From Veleropilina oligotropha (Eukaryota): a stretch of DNA of 64,000 bases. The stretch is taken from the NCBI GenBank assembly GCA_048128005.1, contig JBEUKZ010000041.1:1-64000 (forward strand), written 5' to 3'. Below, one piece after another: positions 53,920-64,000 of the stretch (positions within the stretch are counted from its first letter, which is position 1; the number at the start of each line of letters is the position of its first letter). The translations under genes were made by a program, and so were the position numbers. The notes below the pieces were generated by a model. The model did no database searches and had not been told where the DNA came from. It saw only the letters and a list, made by a program, of their open reading frames with translations.

Positions 53920-55375
53920 TACTACCGGGCAAAATAACTTATACATCATCTGTATATGTCTGTAGACTGACCATAAATGAAGAGAAGAAGTAAATTAATA
54001 TTCCCATTAATAAATAAACCATTTTTCTATAAAATCACAAAATATTAACTAGATGCGAATAATGTAAGGCATATAATTTGGCCATAGACACACATGGGGG
54101 TCAATATGGAAATTTGCAGTAGAAATTAAGGAATAATGTCTACTATCAAAATAATTATCAGGTTCGTTAAAAGGCTGTACATTTTACCAGGAGCGTGTGT
54201 GGCCACCTCCGGCGTCTATACATATTTGAACACGCCACGGCATTGAATTCATGGGTCTCCAGATGACGTCATCAGGTATTATCACCCACTCCTCAAGCAA
54301 TGCCTGCTCAAGCTGATGTCTGTTGGTTGGGGGTCGGACCCATTTTCTCAATTGCCGATCAAGATGATCCCATATATGCTCTATGTGATTAAGGTCTCGG
54401 GACAGTGATGGATACGGCAAAACGGTGACGTCATGATTGTCCAAAAAGTCTTGAACAATTCTCGCTGTGTGTGGTCTTGCGTTGTCCTGTTGCAGAAGTG
54501 TTCGTTGTGGGGGGATGCTGTAGAAAAGGCAGTGCAACGTCTCTCAAAATGTCGCTACTATATTTTTCACCTGTCAAGTTCCCACGGATGATTATTAATT
54601 GTGTCTTCAGGCGGCCACACATTCCACCCCATATCGTTACACCTCCACCACCGTATGGGTGAATTTCACAAATGCAATTTTGAGAAAGTCGCTCCCTTCT
54701 CCGTCAATACATTCGATTTCGACCATCATTTTAAAATAAATTAAACCGACTTTCATCCGTAAACAAAACTATCTTCCAGTTTTGTCGCTGCCAGGGCTGT
54801 ACCGTTCTTGCTCAGTGTAACTTTCGTTGACGATGCAGGGAGGCCAGCGACGTTCCACGATATGGACGATGGGCTCGGATTCCTGCGTCGGTTAGTCGTC
54901 GCAACACGGTGCGACCACTAATGGGGCGACCCAATGCCGTTGCCTTTTGATCTCTGGTCCGCCCAGTCAAACGAAGACGTCGGAGGAGTCTGTTGATTGT
55001 TAACTGGTACACTGCAAGGTTCTGGCAATATGGTCTTGTGTTGCCCTCATTGCAGCCATACCAATAGCCCCCTCCCCTTCTTCCGTCTTTAAACGTGGCA
55101 TGTTTGGTGTGTTATTATCAATTGCAATGCTGTTCAGTATGATCACACTATTTATACGTTTTTCGAGCTCATGTAAAGCGTAACATTCTAAATTTCCTTG
55201 ATTTACCAATATTTGCATGCTGGCACCAAAAGCACGAAATAATGCGAACAACGACTTGCTGCTTGATTAGGCGTAATTAGGCGAATGTAATGGGTTATTG
55301 TTGTCTTTGGTCATTATGTTCTGGGGCAGAATAATCTGACATTTAATTATGTACACTTTCTCTTGCCCGGTAGTA
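53920..55375 (-). mobile_element. Tc1-family (DD34E) transposon, degenerate
   Basis: TIRs TACTACCGGGCAAAATAACTTATACA / TGTACACTTTCTCTTGCCCGGTAGTA flanked by TA. Transposase pieces (~55102-54184): MPRL, FTDESRF, GGGVTIWGG, QQDNARPH-x-DLNHIEHIW (34 residues between D and E). Frameshifted. Confidence 0.93.
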
Positions 55376-55489
55376 TATATCATATATGGCGAGAGCATTG
55401 CGCATGGAAACAGAGAAAATCCATATATTGAATTATATCTGCCTGATGTACCTGTCGTAGCCACAGCGCAACTGGTATTCGCTTCAACA

Positions 55490-55689
55490 ATGCTGACACG
55501 GACAGTTATCGTCCTGGCAATAATGTGTGCCTCAGTTCAGGGAGAAGTATTGTTTGTGTACCACCCTAATACCTATTCCTATGAAAACGCCTTGGGTCAT
55601 TGCGCGTCACTTGGGATGACTCTTGCTCTGCCTAAGACTTCTCAACTTTTTGACACGATGAAGACGTATTACACTGCTGGATCTCTGTG
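55490..55689 (+). CDS. Exon 1 of tandem paralogous C-type lectin gene 2 (remaining exons not seen in window)
   Basis: MLTRTVIVLAIMCASVQGEVLFVYHPNTYSYENALGHCASLGMTLALPKTSQL aligns without gaps to gene 1 exon 1 (31/66 aa identical by hand count). Same 200-nt length and same TG|GTGAGC donor. Confidence 0.85.
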
Positions 55690-55904
55690 GTGAGCCTACT
55701 CTCTTTAATATGTATTACCCCAAGTAACAAGGTACCTCAAAATAAGGTGGATCAAAATAATAAGACACACGGAAATAATGAAATTAAAAACGCCGTTAGA
55801 GTTAAAGAAAATACAAAAATTTAAGACATATTTAGGAAATTTTGATAGCGTTAATAAACAGAAGTACCACTAATTGTGTTTTCATAGTACAGGGCTTATT
55901 TAAT

Positions 55905-56880
55905 CAGTGTAAATATTTATTTCGTAAACATAACTGAAAGTTTGTGATTTATTCAATTAAAAGGTGACATTTTGGGGTATGAGGGCATGGTCCAACGGTT
56001 GTAATATTAACACAGTTAATCTTTTGATGCTTATACTTCTGGATACGCTTCATAAATATCAAACAAATTATCAAACTTTATCTAAATAGTTGCGGGTGTC
56101 ATTTAATTATATATGTCATAAACAACTTTAAAGTTCATGATTTATACAATTAAAATAACAATGAAAACATTTTGTGGTATGGGAGCATGTTCCAACAGTT
56201 GTAATATTCAATCTGCTTACCTATTGATGCGTATATGTCTGGTCACACTTCACAAATATAATATCTACCTATATCTAAACAGTTGCAGGTGTCATTTAAA
56301 TATTTATGTCTTAAACATAACTGAAAGTTCATGATTTATTCAATTTAAATGTGCCATTTTGGGGTATGTTCCAACAGTTTTAATATTAAAACCGCTAAGC
56401 TGTTGATGCTTATACTTCTGGATATACTTCATAAATATAATATTAAACTATATCTAAACAGTTGCAGGTGTCAATTAAATATTTATTTCGTAAACAGTAC
56501 TGAAAGTTCATGATTTTAATCAGTATTCAATTAAAATGTGACATTTTGGGGTGTGGGGGCATGTTCAAACAGTTGTAATATTAAAACCGCTAAGCTGTTG
56601 ATGTTTATAATGCTGGATATACTTCATATAATATTAAACTATATTTAAACAGTTGCAGGTGTCAATTACATATTTATTTCGTAAACTTAACTGAAAGTTC
56701 ATGATTAATATCATTATTCCATTAAAATGTGTCATCTTGATGTATGGAAGCATGTTCCAACAGTTATAATATTCAATCTGCTCACCGATTTAATATCTAA
56801 CCATTACTAAACTGTTGCAGGTGTCATTTAGATATTGCTGTCGTACATATAACCGAAACATCATGATTTATTCGAAAAAA
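55905..56880. repeat. Diverged ~185-bp tandem repeat (~5 copies) in intron 1 of gene 2
   Basis: Recurring ctaaacagttgcaggtgtca..actgaaagttcatgatt..catgttccaacagtt blocks at ~180-195-bp spacing. Confidence 0.85.
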
Positions 56881-57284
56881 ATGGGAATTTTTGGCTCCTG
56901 TGCCTATTTTCGACTATAATATATAAATTTAATCCGCTTGACAGGACTGGTGTTGTTGTTATTATTTATTAATTATTATTTTCCCACACCATACTACCAA
57001 TTACATATTCCCTGGAATACAAAACCATCATGTAAATAATTTTTCCCTGCATATAATTGAAAATTAATGGTTTATTATAAAAATAAGGATTTTGGGGCAT
57101 GGTTTATTACTGTGCTTTATAATAAGAATGGATTGGATTGCCAATTATGCGACTACTTTAACAATTTTCAATCATGTGTAGTGTTTTTAAACGTTTTTTG
57201 TAATAAGGTTGATTTGATTTGAATCAGCTTTGTTTTACGACCACATTATTTCAGTCGTATCTGTAGTCGGGATCACCGGCTTAA

Positions 57285-58368
57285 AGTCCAGGTCTTACAC
57301 ATAAAACTTTGTCCAAACACCACTTACAAACCTTTATTATGCTGTCATCTTGCTTACTGTGATAAATTTGATGTCAAATTTAATCGAGAAGTGACAGAAA
57401 ATCTATCCCAAACAGAGCCTTTCTGTGACCCGATTATGAACGCTCTGTTTGCTCAGACGGCCAATTCGTGACGTCACATGTGAAAAACAGATGTTTCCCA
57501 GAGTCTGATTGCAGGGAAATGACATAATTTCAATACGCACTTGCTGACCAATAAGTAAACAACACATTTATACTGACTCAGTATTTTCAAAATGGTAAAC
57601 AGATGCGTAGTTGGAAACTGCAGCAATAATACTTTAACGGGACATTATAGATGCACTTATTTCCTATTAATCGGAATCGTCGAAATAAATGGGAACGATA
57701 CGTTCGAAACACAAGATTCGAGTAGTCGCATAGCGTTTCCGCCGTTAGCTTATATGTGGAGAACATTTCGTAGCGCCTGATGACCTTGAGGGTTGTATGC
57801 AGTGGAAGGTGGGCTCAAAAGACAGCTATATGTTAAGAAAACGGCAATACCTTTAAAGAATACGAACTCAACTGTATAAAACGCGGTACGGAGTTCGCCT
57901 AGCAAACTTTCGACAACAACGCAATTTTCCACGGCACCCGATCGAGCGTGGATGCATGTTGTCCGAAACGACAGAGAACAAACAGTGCCGTACGAAAATT
58001 GTATTTCCATCGTCGTCTTCGCTGTCTTCAAAATATAACTGGTCGCCAAATAAATTATTTACTTGAAGTTCAAAATGTTCATCACTATCGTTCTATGAAC
58101 TACGCGATTCTCCAATTATCAGTACTCGCTAGTAATGCCACCAGATACTCGCCACAGATCTATTCACACGTGACGCCACCTGCCGCGATGAAATGCAATC
58201 CAGAATTTTCTCGCCGCATTAGCAGACAAGGCGAAGTTTAGTGACATTTTCGTGTTTTACGCAAAATATCGTTATACACACATATTAGACATGCTATATT
58301 ATCATCAGAAACTACACAAACCACTTGATATGAATAACGAATGCACATTTTATCCCAGGATATGGACT
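57285..58368 (+). mobile_element. Kolobok-like non-autonomous DNA transposon with a decayed THAP zinc-finger ORF (from 57592)
   Basis: TTAA|AGTCCA ... TGGACT|TTAA ends. Across frameshifts: MVNRCVVGNCSN, MHLFP, KWERYVRNTR, LICGEHF, KKTAIP, which together form the C2CH THAP signature. Confidence 0.75.
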
Positions 58369-58861
58369 TTAACGTCTCATCCGGCAGACGGATACTGTGT
58401 GCAATACAGACGCGGTATACATGTGACAAATTATCGACACTATCTGGAATCGAGCTCAGATATCTAACGTCGTGATCCAGCATCATAACCACTAATCGAC
58501 GGCCCCGTCGACTTTTGTTATAAGGAAAATCGAAATTTAATATCGATGATATCATTATGACACCTACATCAATTCATAGTGCGCTGGTCAGCATGATTTG
58601 TCAAAGGTGAACTTGTACTTTAGCAAATATGGATCATGGTGTTCTATAGGTATTTGTGTCATGAGCTGCCAATAAAAGTGAATATATTTTGTTAAAGAAA
58701 TTTCCCACAGCAAGAAGGCGTTGCACGTTTATTATGAGACATGAAGGTGTGGGATCAATAATTACCTGTACGTTACAATCTACCGAAACATAAAATCTAT
58801 CATGTTTAGGTACTGCAGAGAAACCTGTTGGGAAATCTGTAAGCGACACACACAATGTATT

Positions 58862-60509
58862 TACACTAGAAAAATAAAGTTAAGGTAAACACACATATCT
58901 CCCAAACGAAAAAAGTAAATGCGTTCAAATTTTGTCAACATTTAATATGATGTACTTATAATCATTTACTAAAGAAATCTATTTAATTTCATCGTCGAAC
59001 GTTTGACTTGTACAATACATTTAAGTAGGTATGGGTCAAAGTTCGATTTCACAATTAAATTCAGTATTGTGTGGCATGTTAATACTGTTCATTAGTGCGT
59101 AAGACCGTCACGGTTATTCTGACATTCGACACATCACCTCCTCATGGATCTGGGAAAGTACCGGCCACTCAGCCTGTGGAAGCTGAAACAGGTGCTGAGC
59201 GTTCTTGGGAGGAGATTGTTGACCCTCACAATGCGCTTCACCTCATCCCAGATACTGTATTCTCGATCGGATTGATGTCTGGAATGCATGCAGGCCAATC
59301 CATTTTTCACTCCGGACTGATGCAGGAAGTCGTTGACCATCCAAGCTCTGAGGGCGTGCATTATCGTCTTCCAATCTGCTGCATTGTAAGTATGTCTAGC
59401 GACCTCAGAATATCGTCCCATCAGCGAAGATCATTCATGTTCCCTTGTATATGTCTGTCAATAAAAATGACATAGGGGAGTCATATGGTTACGACTGAAA
59501 GCACCCCAAACCATGACAGAACCCCCTCCAAAGGCTACGTTCTCTTGACAGTTGCACCAATATACAGTAGGCTAGCCTCCAAACCCTCAGCCGATCGTCG
59601 TTGTGGTACAAACATAACCGCGATTCGTCATTGAACAGGACATTTCGTCCACTGTCTTCGTGTCCTCCTTACGTGACTTTTGCTTTGTGTGCTGGAGTAA
59701 GACGTGGTACAATATAAATAGCTGGACGCCGAGAATGGAGATGAAATCTAAAGAGGCGGTTAAGAATGGCCTGGTTGCTGCTGTTGTTGTTAGTAGCGGC
59801 CTGAAAACTGACTTCTGGTAATGATAGAACAGGTAAATCTCGTCTACAAAGCTTGGTGTTCAATGGAGCGATATTCTCGTGGTGTTGTTTTCTTTGGCCG
59901 ACCAGATCGTAGTCTCTCCTGGACATTCTGCGTGGCATTGAAGTGTTGCAACAATCGTACGATGAACGAGATGGACACCTGAAGCCGCCCTGCCACTGCC
60001 CGCTTTGACACGCCATCTTGGATCCATGCAACAGCTCAATGAGTTTACGTCGTTGGGGCATGTTCATATAATGTCTGACATTAAGGCGGTGCTGCAATGT
60101 AACTAAAGGAAAATGATAAATGACATTTAACAAAGACAACACATTGCACGGGTTGCACGTGCAACAGGTTTATTTTGCTGTTTGTTTTTGTCTCCAGATT
60201 TGTGGTACAGTGAGGCATGTCTGGAGGAATACAATGGAGAACTACTTAATTCATGCGACTTTTACCAGCATATACATATCTGAGGACTTGTGACAATACT
60301 GACTATAATTGTGAAATGAAAATTTGACCTATACCCACTTTAATGTATTGTAGAAGTCAAACGTTCAATGAAATTAAAATAAATTCTTTTTTTAAATAAT
60401 ATTCAGTACATTATATTAAATGTTGACAAAATTTGAACGCATTTACTTTTGTCGCTTGGGAGATATGTGTGTTTACCCAAGTGATCCTTAACTTTATTTT
60501 CTTAGTGTA
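58862..60509 (-). mobile_element. Second Tc1-like transposon with long (~200-bp) TIRs, decayed
   Basis: 58862-~59070 is the inverse of ~60293-60509 (TACACTAGAAAAATAAAGTTAAGG...). Internal minus-strand fragments MPQRRKL, LFNDESRL, FGGGSVMVWGAF, SDREYSIWD and EEVMCRMS..TV are Tc1-like. Confidence 0.8.
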
Positions 60510-61460
60510 TATTGGATGATATCATTAGGGGGATTCTGATACCCTTGCAATATCCATGAGCCTGTGTCTAGACACTAGATCATTGCACAGACTTGATGTT
60601 TCCGTCGTGTGGGATGATGTAGTTTAGTGGTTATGATGCCGGACTATGGAGCTCACTATTTGAGCATGATTCCAGGGTGTGTCCAGAATCTGTCACGGGT
60701 GTACCTCGTCTCCATTGCATACAGTATCCATTTATTTGATGGAGACATTAAACCGGGGCCGCCACTGCAGAGTACAGACATGACCGAAAAATTATTAAAA
60801 TGTTGACGTAAAAATAAACTGATTAAAATCAAAGTTAGCCCCACTTATGGAGATGGTTCCCACCTAAACATGATAACTTCTCTGATCACTTGATTACAAC
60901 CAGTAGTGTTTAAGAACATTTTTAAACAAATAAATAATTATTTATTTACTTTAAATAATCAAAATAAACAGTTATAATCCATTTTAATTGGCTTGACAAC
61001 GATTTTCAGCAATATTGTGGAAAAAGATGTTAATGTTATGCATGTCTGATGTGCATAGCATGTCATAAACTAACTCATACCCAGTAAACCTAAAACCACA
61101 ACACGGTTGCGCCAGGTTGGCACAAATGTTATCCTCTATTTTGATTTAGAATGGCTAGTCAGATTGTCAGCATCACTTGCGGGTGTGCCCACATAAAAAT
61201 ACACAGGAGTTATGCATTATACAGTGATCCATATATAGGTTTCTATAATAAAGAATTTATAAATCCACAATAGGTTTCTATAATAAAGAATTTATAAATC
61301 CACAATTTTCCTTGGAAAAAATGAAACTATTCCACTTTACTGATTTTGGTTGATTTTTAGTACGTTAATATAAACAAAATTTGCTAAAAAATGATACCAC
61401 TACTGTTAATATCGGAATTTGTGGCGGGTTTGGTCCATTTTTGCCTTTGATTAACTGGAC

Positions 61461-61665
61461 TATGGAACGTCAATCATATTTTTAATCATGAATTTTCAAT
61501 ATTGATAAATGAATTTTCAATATTGATAAATGAATTTTCAATATTGAAAAATGAATTTTCAATAATGAGAAATCCGTGTAATTTCTTAATATTGAAAATT
61601 CATTTTTCAATATTACAAATTCATTTTCCAATATTGCAAATTCATTTTCCAATATTGAAAAATCA
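61461..61665. repeat. IS3EU-like end (TATGGAACG) with 21-bp subterminal repeats, truncated
   Basis: aatgaattttcaatattga(t/a)a repeats in direct and then inverted orientation. Abuts the large palindrome. Confidence 0.55.
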
Positions 61666-63030
<1,365 letters not shown>

Positions 63031-63134
63031 CACAATAATATATATACATCAATTGGACTTTCCTTGTCTACCAAAAATCTTTTGTTCGCAACTACGGACA
63101 ATGCACCCAGTCCCCAAATGCTGAAGCATGCGTC

Positions 63135-63501
63135 ATTTTGAAATATTTAGTCGACTATCAATTCCTTATCCACCTCTGCAGCTGGCTAAGGATCATAGCC
63201 AGCTAAGGTGGTTTCCTAAGCCAGCTAAGGCTTTGTGAAACGCTCTTAGCCGGCTATCGTCACCTACCTTGGCTAAGGTTAGTCGAAGTCATGTATGCAA
63301 AACGCTCGGAAAATATTTAGTCGTCTATCCTCTGTATTAGATACATGCAAAGCTGTCTAACAACCTGAGCCGGATATGACATGTTCTTAGCCAGCTAAGG
63401 TATTTTCTTAGCCAGGTAACGGTTTGTTAAACGCTCTTAGCCGAATATACTCACCGACTTAGGCTATGCGTAGTCTATGTCACGTACGTGAAACTGCCCC
63501 C
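63135..63501. mobile_element. Partial Harbinger-type MITE with two internal ~185-bp repeats
   Basis: Duplicated block aaatatttagtcg.ctatc...agccagctaagg...aaacgctcttagcc; ends GTGAAACTGCCCC. The other terminus was not found. Confidence 0.4.
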
Positions 63502-64000
63502 AATTTAACATATCAGTAATCTCAATGAACCATGGATTCATTTCTATTTACCTATTCTTTTGATTTCTATACCTGGGATATTAATTATTTATCCTCTAGA
63601 TAACAGTTTTAGTTCTTTTTTTCTTTTACTAATGATTTATCTATATCTATATCTCTGTACACCAAAAGCCAATTATAAAAACCGACGATTCTTTATCCTT
63701 CTTTCTATTATTACTATACTATGCTTTGCATAAAATCCATATAGGCTTTGTTAGAGAATATTGGATGTATTATTACATATCCATAGATCCTTTGTATACT
63801 ATTTTCTCTATTATTATAATCGAACGCTTTGTTTATGTCGTAATTACATGTCTATTACACTTTCTTTACTTTACATTATCTTAATGAGAACATCCTGGCA
63901 AAGCATTTAACAATGAACTAAACTCATGGTGATAGAAGGGTCCACTTCTCAGAAAGGGCGATGGTGTAATATCTGCTATTAATTATACTTTTAAGGGGTG

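Noticed and set aside
60610..60700. tRNA gene candidates here and at ~22460 and ~1240-1320
   Set aside because: Only A-box-like starts with degenerate B-boxes and no cloverleaf; more likely decayed SINE heads.

Overview
AT-rich, repeat-dense animal genomic DNA. It is probably from a lophotrochozoan or mollusc, inferred from the SINE and transposon types; there are no prokaryotic features. The only host genes I can support are a tandem pair of secreted C-type lectin paralogs on the + strand. Gene 1 assembles by hand from three phase-compatible exons (3284-3483, 14597-14796, 24182-24474) into a ~230-aa protein: signal peptide, C-type lectin domain (non-canonical EPR/WNT motifs) and a C-terminal PAN/apple-like domain. 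Only exon 1 of gene 2 (55490-55689) lies in the window. The rest is transposon debris and tandem repeats. Transposons: two Tc1 elements, PIF/Harbinger elements, a THAP-bearing Kolobok-like element, IS3EU-like and 8-bp-TSD MITEs, RTE and L2/Crack-group LINE fragments, and several tRNA-derived SINEs. Tandem repeats: 50-, 67-, 21- and ~185-bp arrays, plus a 15.8-kb 45-bp satellite with nested higher-order duplications. The giant ORFs in the ORF track are by-products of these repeats. The most unusual non-genic structure is two unrelated families of modular hairpin elements that share one layout and join into palindromic dimers. They may be non-autonomous Crypton-like (tyrosine-recombinase) elements, but this is inference.
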